A stretch of DNA of 64,000 nucleotides from Macrostomum lignano (taxonomy: Eukaryota). Where the stretch lies: contig NIVC01001298.1 of NCBI GenBank assembly GCA_002269645.1, forward strand, positions 62,001 through 126,000, in the 5' to 3' direction. How positions within the stretch are numbered: the stretch's first letter is position 1; every line of letters begins with the position of its first letter. The position numbers were made by a program, and so were the translations under genes. A model generated the notes under the pieces. That model ran no database searches, was not told the DNA's origin, and worked only from the letters and a program-made list of their open reading frames with translations. Shown here one piece after another: positions 52,040-64,000 of the stretch.

Positions 52040-55000
52040 CGCGATTATGAGCTGCTCGTAGTTAAATATTCGTCAAAAGGACCTCCTAACAAGCAGTGCA
52101 ATTCAAACGATTCTAACAAATCCAATTCAACTACTTTTCCTTCAGTTGTTTCAACTGCAGAGTAATTTGAAGTTCCAAGCATCTCAATATTTATAGAAAA
52201 GTGAGAAGCGAATTACGGTTAAAATATGGCCGCAACTGTTGGGTTCTCAGTTAAATTCGCGTGCATCGGCGGTTCTTCTTTCTTGGAGTTATTTTATCGT
52301 TTTTATCAGCCGTGTGTTAATTTACCTTGACACTTTTATTTGTACTTAATTTCGCCGAGCCTAATTAGTTTCATTAATCAAGCTTAGATAAGCGGTACGG
52401 GAAGCATTTTGTGCGCCAGCACTATCTGTCTCTCGGTTAAAAATGACACTCCCACAATTGCGACGTACAATAGAATTTGCAATGCTGAGCTAATCTGTGC
52501 TTTGCCACCTGCTGCCGCCACACCCCTTTGATAATTATTGAGTTTTTTTACTGAGCCTCGAGATTCGCTCTACCGTAATCCAGTTCCGATCCAGTACAGT
52601 TCCGGTTCAGTTTCAATCCGATTGCGTCTGACGTACAGATACTCTTTTTACATCGAACGTCTTTGAAAGAAAAATAAGAACGGTTCAAACGTGTTTTAAA
52701 ATGTTGCAATTCGTTGAAGTACAAAGAAATTAGTAAAGTTGATTCTAGTAAACCGGCTTTGTGACGTCGGCACAAGACTTAATTTTGAATTGATTCAAGA
52801 CTCAGTCAATTTCCTCAAGACCAGATAAATATCAAGGATTGATGTCTCCTTTGCAATGCGTTTTTAAAAAAAGTCTACTACATATCATAATAAGCGCCAA
52901 ACTTGTAGCTAGGGCTCATGGCTATTCATTAATTATTTTGATTTACACATTGATTGATTTTTAACTACTCATATATAACCGATCAGTTTTATTACAAACA
53001 AAAATACCTAATAAAAATTCCACGCAAATTACGATGTCCAAATCGAAAAGATCGCTGGGGATTACCAGGTTTTTGCCGCAGAAGTCTCTCGCCGAACAGG
53101 GGCCGAAATGCGGCTTCTGCGCAGAATTCACGCTCGTATCCCACAGTGCTTAAAAAGTCTTCAAGAAGATTTTCCCATTTGTATCAGTTTTTGTATCATG
53201 TAAACTGTTTGACATTCAGGAGCGGGCCCATGATTTTTCTCGAGGAGTCATCTCTTTCATCCTTATGGGTCCACGACAGTTTACAATAGGATTGCACTCT
53301 TGGCGAAGGCTGCAAGTAGTCGAACGCAAAAACTTTCGGAGTGACATCTCGTATACAGCAGTTTTATATTTGCAGAAAACTAATAAACACTTTATACCTC
53401 CTTCAAAACTTCTTTACAAAGCTCAATCATATCGTTGAGACCCTAAATTAACACAATATTTCGTATGAGAGCTTTACGAGTCAAACGACTGCAGTTGAAG
53501 AACGAGTCTCTAAAATGCACCGGGGCAAATCTCGGCGGGTAATTCGAAATAAAAAGTTTTTCCGTCCGATTACTACAATATGCTGGATGCGTGTCGACTT
53601 TCGCCACCTATTTCTACTGGGAGTATATTGATAAGCAACTTTTTCTTCAACGCGTCGTAGTGTTTTAGGAGATGCATGAGTTATTTATGCGTTTCCTTAC
53701 ATGAAAGTTCCAATTTAATTTCAAATAAATACTCTCCAAACAGCTTGATATTTACGCTCCTGTTCTTAGCTCGTGAAATCCAGTGGAAAACAAAAACTCG
53801 ATTTTCAGGAAAAAATGATCAGGGAAAGGAATAACACTGTGACGTGGCCGAATTCGTGATTAATTTTCTTGACTTAGGATTTCTGAAATTATTTTCCTTT
53901 GTGTTGTTATCAGTATTATCTAATCATATTAGAAAATGCTGTCGGTTATTTTTAGTTCATTGCTTACGTTTGTTTTACTGCATCTCTAAATTATGACACT
54001 TATAGACGTACAGCTTTTTTTATTTACGCGTACATTTGTGTACGCTGGCAGTGCCTTGCAGTTTCGCAGTACAGTGTTCAATTGCAGCATTCGTCTTAGG
54101 AGCCAGGACAGCTCCAGTGAATTTTAATTCGGGATGAACCTTTAGTCATACATTTTTTATTTCGAATATTATCGCACCAAATTTCTTTCGTAAAAATCGC
54201 ACAACTGCAAGTGCCGGCGAGTTGACCAGAAAATTATAATTATAGTCCAACCGTTGGTTTAGCAAAGTCGTTCTAAACTAATCAGTCTTCAAAACACACG
54301 TTTGATGACGCAAGGAATCAAATAATTAATGAATTTTTACCGCACGTCCCAAATAAATATCGCGTATTTATAACTCAACCATCGTTTTTAGGTCATAACA
54401 CTACAGCGCCGGATGAAAAAACTTGCAGATGAATTTCTCGTGTTCATTCGTTTTTTATTTAAATGAATAAATATAAGACATGCAGAAGCGCCTATGAAAG
54501 CTAAAGGAAAAAATATTTTCCTCAGTATTTATTTCAATAAAAAAGTTTTTCTATGTAAAAAATGTTTTTCCTATTCTTGCACTTATAATTAGCTTATCAA
54601 AACTTTGCACTAAAGCAAATCCGCCTATAAACTCAACTCCATGTGGCTAATATCTCAGATTGTAAATTGACATTAACGTTATTTGAACTACCTTAGGTAG
54701 CTGGTAATTTGCACGTTATCTGGTAATTAAGGCTAGCTAGTGGTTTATTGGGATCGCAATGTATGTAAACATTTACGTTGTTGGTGACAATGGCGTGGTT
54801 CTGAACCGAACTAGTGCGCAACGGAATTTTTTCGTATTTTCCTATTGTTTAAAACAAGAATCACCTGAAAATTTATGCGATTGTCTAAAACTTTAATAGG
54901 CTGGGTAGGTTTTATTCCTAAATTAATATTCCCATGTGCTGAATATCTAGTCTTGTTATACTGCATTTAATTCAAGGAAGTGTTATTATTTAATCGTCAA

Positions 55001-55248
55001 AATCTATCAATCCTACGGAGTACTTTGGCGCCACAGGCACTCCTTTTAGCGCCCTAAAGCAAAACTATTGATTTCCACAAACTGGTCACAAAGCATCGGC
55101 ATGTCCTCCATAGCTTTTACTTCCCCCTGTCCCCAGCTGGTGATGCCACTGAGCCACTGAAAATAGGCCAAAATTTTTTTAGCAAAAAATTTTCTGTTGG
55201 GCTGTCCAGCTAAGCTAGCCAGCTACTCACAATTCCCTGCTCGAAAAG

Positions 55249-55539
55249 GACTGTCTCATTGAGTCAGATTTCACTGAGAAAATCCTCGCAATGCTCATTT
55301 GGCGTTCGAGAATGCGATGGAAGAGGCAGACAAAGCGGGACAGAAATTGGAAGAGGACTATCGATGGTTGCACTTCAATCTCTGGTATCATATCCTATTT
55401 GATGTGTATTAAAATTTCACATTCAATACGTACAATCGAGCGTAAATAATTACTTACACTTTTAAATGCTCTGCAGCAGAAAATTTTAATTTTGAACTGT
55501 TTAAACTGCGGCTGGGCTGACTGAGGTGGGTGATAAACG
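55249..55539 (-). mobile_element. ~290-bp dispersed repeat, copy 2 (inverted relative to 30968-31250)
   Basis: Collinear reverse-complement match with scattered substitutions and indels. Confidence 0.7.
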
Positions 55540-57015
55540 GAACCACTGGCTCTGACCGAGACCTTCCGTTGTGTGTCCATCTATTAAATCCGTTGTGTGT
55601 CGACTGCGGTTGAACTCTTATTTAATATTGTCACAGCAAGCAAAGCAAAAGAAGAGATACATGCATGTATGAGCGACATGGGTCAACTGCGCACGTTGCA
55701 GAAGTAAAAATTGAAGAAAGTGATGTTCCATAACAATGATGTTCATGATGTTCAATGAAAAGTGACAATTTACAGTTATTAAAATAAAAAAATTGAATTA
55801 TATCATCAAAGTTCACCGTGCTCTGGACTTTCAAAAGCAGTTTCTTTCTTGTGTTGGGGCAAAATCTGTTCTTGGTCGAAATCGCTATTTTTAGCTCTAA
55901 AGAAATCTGTGAGGGGTCTTTTCACTTTTGTTTGTCTACTGGGCTATTCTCAGCATCGATCGGCTGTGACTCAGGTTGATTAGTGGTTGGTTCTTTATAG
56001 TAGGGTGCACAGGCACACGAACACATACGCAACCACACTCTCACGACTCTAACAACTCTAACAACTCTAAGTTGTTAAACATGAGAAATTTCTATTGTAC
56101 ACTCTGTTACTTGGAGTGGCCCTCACAAACTAAGCCTCAGGCCAATTTTCGGTCACGAGCACCAAATAAATGCGGTTTTTTGAGCACGGAGTTCTGGGTG
56201 CGTTTCAAAGTTCGCATTGGATTTTACTTTCACAATTGAGAGATTGATAATTGTAAATCGTGTCATAATCAGGAGACTACGCTAGGTAGACACTGTCGTA
56301 TCCCTAATAGATAATCGGCTTAGCTTAATAATCCGCTCAGTCGCGGTGGCCGTCTTCAGTATATTTGCATACAGTTACAGTCACGCGTATAATTGTCTAT
56401 GGCCAAAGCCACACAAATAAGGCTGGGGATACACCAGACACTAGAAAGAGTGAGATTTAGAATAAGTTCAAGACATTGAATATGTGAATGGCCATGCAGA
56501 GCAGAGAGGCTATAGGGCTTACTGCATGGACACTGCAACCACCATGGATGGTTTTAGAACGACGACGGTAACAAAACATATGCCTTAAATTTGTTATTTT
56601 AGGTCTTGCAGATGCAAAAGACTCGTAAACTATATAATAACTACTGTAACAGTTATTTAGGCGGATATTACAGATTATTATACAGAACTTTCTTCCGAAA
56701 TATTTAAAGTTTCACTTCCTGCTATGGCCCATCATATAAAATACACGTTAAAAACTTAATAAAAATAACATTGCCAGTACCTGTATTTTTCAAATGACAA
56801 AAAACAGCCGTAAAGGTGGTCAAATCTTCGTTTCGTTGTCTTATGCCTGCGCTTATATTTCGATTTGACAACGCACAGCCACCACAACGTGAAGCTACTT
56901 AATTCTCATCTGTACATTTTAAAGTCAGAAGGACATCTACAATCACGAATTAATATAACTATCTGGTTTACATCCCTCGTCATGTCTTCTCGTCGTTTAG
57001 CCGTCGAACAAACCG

Positions 57016-58385
57016 CTAGCGGGGTCCTGGACAAAATTGAAGTGGAATAAACAGTTTTATTATTTTCTGTAAGCCTTTTAATTGTACTCCAACACTTTAC
57101 TTAGACGCTGTAGTGTACGTTTTTGCCTACAAATAAACTCACCAGTGCTCTCAAACGGCGCTTTACCAGCAGTGTCCAGGAACATCTTCACGTTGGTGCG
57201 GCCGCTCGGGTTCCACTCGTTGGCCCGGATGCCCATCTGCGCGCAGCCGACGCTACCGCAGCTCGAGCATTTTCCGGCCTTGAAGTTCGCGTAGGAGTCG
57301 CACGGAAAAGCTTTGTAGTTGCCCTGCCGATTCTCGATGGTGCTGGTCACCATCGGCAGCACTCGGAGATGGTCGCAAGAGATGCTCCACTTGGTGCCTT
57401 CGATGACGCCGTCAATAATTATGTTAATGATGGGGTTCTGGGTGCAGTCCGGCTGCTTCTTGCCACCGTTCGGATAAATATCCACGTGACCGACCGCCTG
57501 CATCATGCCGAAGCCGCCTTTCAATACAACACTACTCAGCAGGCTGTCGCCGTCAGTGTGGATGGCGTCGACGAATCGAGCGTCCGTGGGGTCGAGCCGG
57601 ACCTCCGGGTGCGTGTTCTCGAAGTACGGACCGGCCGGGTCCATGCCGGTGATGCGGCCGAGTCGCCGACTTCCAGTGAGCCTCTCGCCCGCGTATCCGG
57701 CGATGTGCGAGCCGAGGCTGTGGCCGAGCAGGTGGAACTGCTCACGGTTGGCTCCGAACTGGGTCTCCAGCCACATGATGAGCTGGGCGATCAGGGCTCC
57801 GACCACGCGAGTGTTGGCCGTAGCCTGGGTGTAGGGCAGCTGGTTGCCCTTGCTCCAATCAAGTTGGATCACATTGTAGTCTCCGTGAAGCAGCAAAGCT
57901 TTCTTCATTTCTACAATCCAGGCGGTTGTGCCAACGTCGAGGAAGCCGTGTATAATGATCTTAGTCGGTAGCCTAGGGTTAAAGTTGGAACCAGTGACGC
58001 TGGCCTTGTTGTTGTAGACGATGTTTTGAGCGGCAACGATGTTCCTGTGGGTGAACAGCGCGTATGTCGGCTGGATGCGGTCGGGGCTCTGCGGCAGCAC
58101 CTGCACCGGGCGCTTCAAGACGTCGTAGAAGTTTCCACCAGTGCTGAAGCAGCCGAGACCGTCGTAACAGACTTTCATGGGGATTAATCCTGAAGTTGAT
58201 CAAGTTTTTGCAGTGATTTTCGCTTTTGTAATGTTTTGAATCATTTTGCCAGTTTTATTTTCCTAGAAAGGGATAGAGTAAAGTCGTAAATGCAATTCAC
58301 TCTTCTGCCTGTGCAGCTCCATGCCGACAGTCAGCTGAACACCAACTGCCAGCACACACGCAAGCAGAAAAAGTCGGATGGCCAT
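57016..58385 (-). CDS. Pancreatic-lipase-family gene C, 380 aa, no PLAT; exons 58385-58301, 58189-57143, 57026-57016 (ends STGPR*)
   Basis: Signal-peptide exon MAIRLFLLACVLAVG..., intact triad, GT-AG introns of 111 and 116 nt, both phase 1; same terminal micro-exon as gene B. Confidence 0.88.
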
Positions 58386-58934
58386 CGCGGTTGCAGGGGT
58401 TCTAGATGAAGCTTGATTTGAACTCGAAGACACCTCTATCCTTCCTTCGATTCTGCCTTTTATGGCCGTCATTCAGCTCATTATTTATGTACTTTTGTAC
58501 CCAGAAAAGCATCAGTATCACGTGGCAAATTCTCATATTTTAATTATTTTTTAGCGGATAATTTATTAAACTGTTTAGTTCGACGAATTCCTACCTTTAG
58601 CAGGTGGAGCATTTATTCTCATACTAATTGTGCTGAAGTGCTGTGTATACTTCCCCGCACCCCGAAAGTACTTTTTAAGTCAGCAGGTAAGTCTCTCACG
58701 TAAAATAACAGTAAATCCTTCTGTATTTGCTGTTCTATTTTGCGATGCTCATTAAAGTTGTTTGCTGCAACTACTGGCTCACTAACATAATACCGGTTGG
58801 CTATTAGCTATATGGCATCGACAACGTGTACAAGTTGAACTCAGTTATGAACCAATAATGAACAGTAGTTTTGCAAGTATTTTAGATGTGACCTGACAGC
58901 TCATGCATTTTATTTCTTCTGAAACTGCACTTGT

Positions 58935-59855
58935 TCTTCTGACACTTCATCGTTTCCCCTGACACACTCCCATCGTTTCTCCTGACACACTGCACTGCTT
59001 CTCCTGACACACTCCCATCGTTTCTCCCGACACACTCCCATCGTTTCTCCTGACACACTCCCATTGTTTCTCCTGACACACTCCCATCGTTTCTCCTGAC
59101 ACATTCCCATCGTTTCTCCTGACACACTCCCATCGTTTCTCCTGACACACTCCCATCGTTTCTCCTGACACACTCCCATCGTTTCTCCTGACACACTCCC
59201 ATCGTTTCTCCTGACACACTCCCATCGTTTCTCCTGACACACTGCACTGCTTCTCCTGACACACTCCCATCGTTTCTCCCGACACACTCCCATCGTTTCT
59301 CCTGACACACTCCCATTGTTTCTCCTGACACACTCCCATCGTTTCTCCTGACACATTCCCATCGTTTCTCCTGACACACTCCCATCGTTTCTCCTGACAC
59401 ACTCCCATCGTTTCTCCTGACACACTCCCATCGTTTCTCCTGACACACTCCCATCATTTCTCCTGACACATTCCCATTGTTTCTCCTGACACACTCCCAT
59501 CGTTTCTCCTGCCACACTCCCATCGTTTCTCCTGACACACTCCCATCATTTCTCCTGACACATTCCCATCGTTTCTCCTGACACACTCCCATCATTTCTC
59601 CTGACACATTCCCATTGTTTCTCCTGACACACTCCCATCATTTCTCCTGACACACTCCCATCGTTTCTCCTGACACACTCCCATCATTTCTCCTGACACA
59701 TTCCCATTGTTTCTCCTGACACACTCCCATCGTTTCTCCCGACACACTCCCATCGTTTCTCCTGACACTCTGCATCGTTTCTCCTGACACTCTGCATCGT
59801 TTCTCCTGACACTCTGCATCGTTTCTCCTGACACTCTGCATCGTTTCTCTTGACA
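58935..59855. repeat. 23-bp minisatellite (ctcctgacacactcccatcgttt), ~40 units
   Basis: Direct inspection. Confidence 0.95.
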
Positions 59856-59904
59856 CACACACACACATCAATCCTTAAATTCGTAGATTGGTTTTAGTAT
59901 CAAA

Positions 59905-60035
59905 TATTGAATACTGAGTACTGAATACTGAATACTGAATACTGAATACTGAGTACTGAATACTTAGTACTGAATACTGAGTACTGAATACTGAATACTG
60001 AATACTGAGTACTGAATACTTAGTACTGAATACTG
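59905..60035. repeat. 7-bp repeat (aatactg)
   Basis: Direct inspection. Confidence 0.9.
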
Positions 60036-60450
60036 CTCTGCATCGTGATTGAGAACAGCAAGGGAGCCACAGTGGCTGAGACAGTGGAAAACATTCAGCT
60101 TTAGTTGAAACTGTACTGCCGAAAACTTGATCAATAAGCTCTGGACACTTTCTAGGCTTATGCTATACCAACAACTCCCCTTTCTATTCAAAATTCTTTC
60201 TCATATGAAATAAGCTTTAGACTTTCGTGGCAACCCCCTCCCCCTTCCTGTGAACGGAGAGACAATAGACAGTTGAAGCGAGCGTGGAATTGAAAATGAA
60301 AAAAATATCGATTGCTCAATATCGAAGATCTACTGCACTCGCAGTTACCGAGATCCACGCTTCTCTGTATGAATAGCCTTGCCTAGTAGTTGTATCTAGT
60401 TGCCACAATGAGCTTTCACCAAGCAAGCTTAAGGAGAAGCATTCCGCAGC

Positions 60451-62038
60451 ATGGAGTGCTCAATGTTCTGCCCCATCACGCTGGTGTTCCTCATCTCCGG
60501 CAGCGTCATGGTCGTCCTTGGCATCTTCACGCATAACTGGGGCTGCGAGAACTACGGGAGTCTGTATAGCGGTGAGAGCTGCCGTCTGCGGTGTGTTTTG
60601 CGTGTTTTAAACTGCGTTCTAAGACCGACTCAAAGTCGGAAATCCCCATTCCCTCGGCAATTAAGGCAATCAAACTGAAATCTCAATGCCTCTCAATGGA
60701 AACCCCAATGCCTCTCAATGGAAACCCCAATGCCTCTCAATGGAAATCCCAATACCTCTCAATGGAAACCCCAATGCCTACCAATGGAAATCCCAATGCC
60801 TCACAATGGAAATCCCAATGCCTCTCAATGGAAATCCCAATGCCTCTCAATGGAAATCCCAATGCCTATCAATGGAAACCCAATGCCTCTCAATGGAAAT
60901 CCCAATGCCTCTCAATGGAAATCCCAATGCCCCTCAAATGAAAATCCCGATGCCTCACAATGGAAATCCCAATGCCTCTCAAATGGAAATCCCAATGCCT
61001 ATCAATGGAAATCCCAATGCCTCACAATGGAAATCCCGATGCCTCACAATTGAAATCCCAATGCCTCTCAATGGAAACCCCAATGCCTCTCAATGGAAAT
61101 CCCGATGCCTCACAATTGAAATCCCAATGCCTCTCAATGGAAACCCCAATGCTTCTCAATGGAAATCCCAATACCTCTCAATGGAAACCCCAATGCCTAC
61201 CAATGGAAATCCCAATGCCTCACAATGGAAATCCCAATGCCTCTCAATGGAAACCCAATGCCTCTCAATGGAAATCCCAATGCCTCTCAAATGGAAATCC
61301 CAATGCCTATCAATGGAAACCCAATGCCTCTCAATGGAAATCCCAATGAATCTCAATGGAAATCCCAATGCCTCACAATGGAAATCCCAATGCCCCTCAA
61401 ATGAAAATCCCGATGCCTCTCAAATGGAAATCCCAATGCCTCTCAATGGAAATCCCAATGAATCTCAATGGAAATCCCAATGCCTCACAATGGAAATCCC
61501 AATGCCTCTCAATGGAAATCCCGATTCCTCACAATGGAAACCTCAATGCCTCTCAATGGAAACCCCAATGCCTCTCAATGGAAACCCTAATGCCTCTCAA
61601 TGGAAACCCCAATGCCTCTCAATGGAAATCCCGATGCCTCTCAATGGAAACCCCAATGCCTCCCACCAAACAGGCTGCAACGGTCGCTGGGCGGACCAGA
61701 ACCAAGCAGGCTATTACGCCAGCAAGGTGATGGTGTTCATCGGGCTGGCCTGCACCCTGCTCGCAATTGTGCTGGAGATGCTGATATGCTGCATCGAAGC
61801 CTGCCGGGTGTCGCGGGTGTTCGCCATCATACGCGGCATTTTCATTATCCTGGCATTCGTCATCCTGATGAGCTCGGTGCTAATCATCACCCACCTGATG
61901 GGAGGAATCTACAGCTACCTGAGCCTGGCCATGGGCACCGTATTCATTTTGCAAGCGTCTAGCATCATATTCGCCAGGCTGACCAACACCATCCACTGCG
62001 GAGCTCTGCAGGAGGAGGAGAGACCGTTGAAGAAGTGA
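60451..62038 (+). CDS. Small four-TM protein (claudin/PMP22/EMP-like), 161 aa; exons 60451-60571 and 61674-62038
   Basis: Donor gcg|GTGAGA (phase 1) and acceptor aaacAG|GC (phase 1); four hydrophobic segments; W..C...C in loop 1; CC..C cluster after TM2; AATAAA at 62192-62197. Confidence 0.8.
60680..61665. repeat. 22-bp minisatellite (tctcaatggaaatcccaatgcc), ~45 units, filling the tetraspan-gene intron
   Basis: Lies inside intron 60572-61673. Confidence 0.95.
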
Positions 62039-63182
62039 ACAGCCTGTCAGTGCGGAAGTACGATAACAGTCCGTTTAACGAGGTTTTCTCTGCAAAATGC
62101 ATTGGCCAGTTTACATGGGAAGTTTGCAGTTCTTTTAGCACCTGAGCACCCAATTTCTTACTTTCTGGACTTCTCAAATGCAAATTGAGTAAATAAATAC
62201 TCATTCCGTCTGTGGTCGTCACTTTTGAGAGTGCAGGTAAAGTCTCTCAATATCTCAATCAAGAAGACTTGAGTTGAGGAATGAAGTTGGGGAGTAGTGT
62301 GCGAGAGTTGGAAGGATTAAAGCTACCCGATCAGTTTTCTCGTATATTTTACTTCAGAGCAGTCCAAGAGAAATTGCTGACTGGCGCATAGAGTGGCGGC
62401 TTTTCAATGTTGCTGAGTATATATTGCTGTTGCATTGCTGGAATAAGCAGTATTGCATCAAATTAACTGATGTATTTAAAATTCGTAAGTTTAGGGTTTC
62501 AGACATCAGTTACCAATTTCTATTGAAAACTCCAAATTTAGCCCATGCACTTTTCTGGGAAAACCAGCGTCCAATAAAAATCGCACTATCTATTCTTCCA
62601 CTTAAGAAGTCAACATGATGAATTGTTTGCCAATCGGTTTTCACGCATAACTAATCCTTGGTAAAAGGTAATTAATGCAATAATTAAGACCCTTTGAATT
62701 TATCTTCAAGTTACAATATGGAGTTTGTATTTTTGTCTACGGAGGTTTGAATTCCGTCATTAAAATATGTCAGTCGTTATTGTTAAGTTTGTACATAAAA
62801 ATATGGGTCAGATTGTCAACAGAGGTCAGTACAGTACATGCAAAATGTATTTAAAACATGCAGATCAAATCTGATTGTCCAATTATGTCAGTATTTGTCA
62901 GAAGGGATACTTTCGTAGTCTGCAAGGTTTGTCTGTCTGTCCTGGCGATGTTGGAATATTTTTTTAACATTTGCAATTTAAATTAAAATAGCATATACCA
63001 GCCTTTTGACTTGCATGTTGGCCAAAATAATTTTTGTGTAAAAATAAATATTGCATCGGCTGCGGATTGTCTCAGAATAAAACAGCAACTTTATCATCAT
63101 TGTGTCATGCTGTACGCTCATTATTCCACGCTTAGGAATCATTATTTTAGGCTTCTAAAAATACATTCATGAGACAATGTGT

Positions 63183-63357
63183 TTGTGTATATGGTTTTGT
63201 CATAGACAATGATAATTTTTTCACGAGTGGCGAAGCCATTGCTTGGCGAAGAATTGCTTGGCTTGGCGAGTGGCGAAGCCATTGCGAAGCCATTGACGAG
63301 TGGCGAAGCCACGAGTGACAAAATTTATCATTGTCTATGACAAAACCATATACACAA
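63183..63357. mobile_element. MITE-like element with ~42-bp terminal inverted repeats
   Basis: 63183-63224 is the near-perfect reverse complement of 63315-63357; interior is made of gagtggcgaagcc-type repeats. Confidence 0.65.
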
Positions 63358-63687
63358 TCTATCATTATTTAAATGTGCCGCTGAGGCCAGTGCTGAATTA
63401 ATTAACTGAGACCCACTTTGCCGATCAGCACTGGTGAGTTTCAAAACGATCGACATTACAGCAAACGGATAGACGGATATGTTCTATACCAGCGCCCACA
63501 GGCAAAGCTGCCTTGCAATGTTTAGTACTAATCGGAGCATTTACATGTAGCGAATAATTCCATTTCATGACCGAATAGTTGACAAACAGTTGCGCAATCG
63601 CAAGCATTGGTTAGGTTTAGTCCCTTTGGTGGTACTTAGGGGAGTGCGCAGTTGCCAGTTTTATCTACGGAGCAATACGGGGATGGC

Positions 63688-64000
63688 ATTGCATTGCATT
63701 GCAACAAAAACAACAACAAAAACAATTTCGCAAGCAAAGTCACAGAGCAGAGTGCATCAGATGGCGCGCCGCAGAGCCTGAGAGCGGACGAAGTCCGCCC
63801 CGTTGGCAGTGTCGGGCACCCCGGCGTCGCGTAGGAGGCAGTCCACGCATCGACGGGTTTGGGCCTGACACCGCATGAACGGCCCTTGCAACGTAAGCAG
63901 CAGGACATCCTGAACAGGTTGGGGCAGTAGCCCTCGGTCCGGATCACGTGGCCCGCCAGTTAAAGTCGCCGCCGGCGCAGGATGATGGACGGGCGCTGCA
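63688..64000 (-). mobile_element. 3' end of a decayed non-LTR retrotransposon (RTE-like LINE), cut by the window edge
   Basis: Minus strand reads SIILRRRRL*LAGHVIRTEGYC(frameshift)QPVQDVLLLTLQGP...DCLLRDAG...AI*, resembling the post-RT 'RRRL.xAGHV.R' motif; 3' tail of (ttg)n/(gcaat)n repeats. Confidence 0.75.

Noticed and set aside
56805-56820. ccgtaaag as a spliced-leader RNA gene start
   Set aside because: The match does not extend beyond ~8 nt and there is no donor or Sm site.
48466-57971. Plus-strand ORFs antisense to the lipases
   Set aside because: Codon-bias shadows; same register in all three paralogues.
60686-61673. 450-aa ORF 60686-62038 as a real protein
   Set aside because: The first ~330 codons are minisatellite read-through within a GT-AG intron; only 61674-62038 is exon.

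Overview
Eukaryotic (metazoan) genomic DNA with GC-rich exons, AT-rich introns and about 30 distinct mini/microsatellite families. The overall style suggests a free-living flatworm such as Macrostomum; this is an inference, not a determination. Most long ORFs in the supplied track are tandem-repeat artefacts or antisense shadows. Genes I could model with GT-AG introns and matching phases: (1) a Ser-rich coiled-coil (CCSER-like) gene 3' end at 2.6-4.4 kb; (2) a Shaker/Kv1 potassium channel whose core is one exon (41529-43337), with several phase-compatible candidate 5' exons; (3) three tandem pancreatic-lipase-family genes on the minus strand, of which only the most downstream has PLAT exons while the other two end in a tiny 'GPR*' exon; (4) a two-exon 161-aa claudin/PMP22-like tetraspan gene. 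An ~8.9-kb tandem duplication (3214-12058 / 12089-21020) has a junction with microhomology and a templated insertion. A MITE-like inverted repeat, a ~290-bp dispersed repeat and the 3' end of a decayed LINE are also present. No tRNA, rRNA or CRISPR array was found. Best leads: the variable-catalytic/shared-PLAT lipase cluster with a gene-conversion tract, alternative Shaker N-termini plus unusual pore and S4-S5 residues, the duplication junction and a possible chimeric gene, and a ~1-kb AG-free intronic minisatellite. All counts and identities were made by eye.
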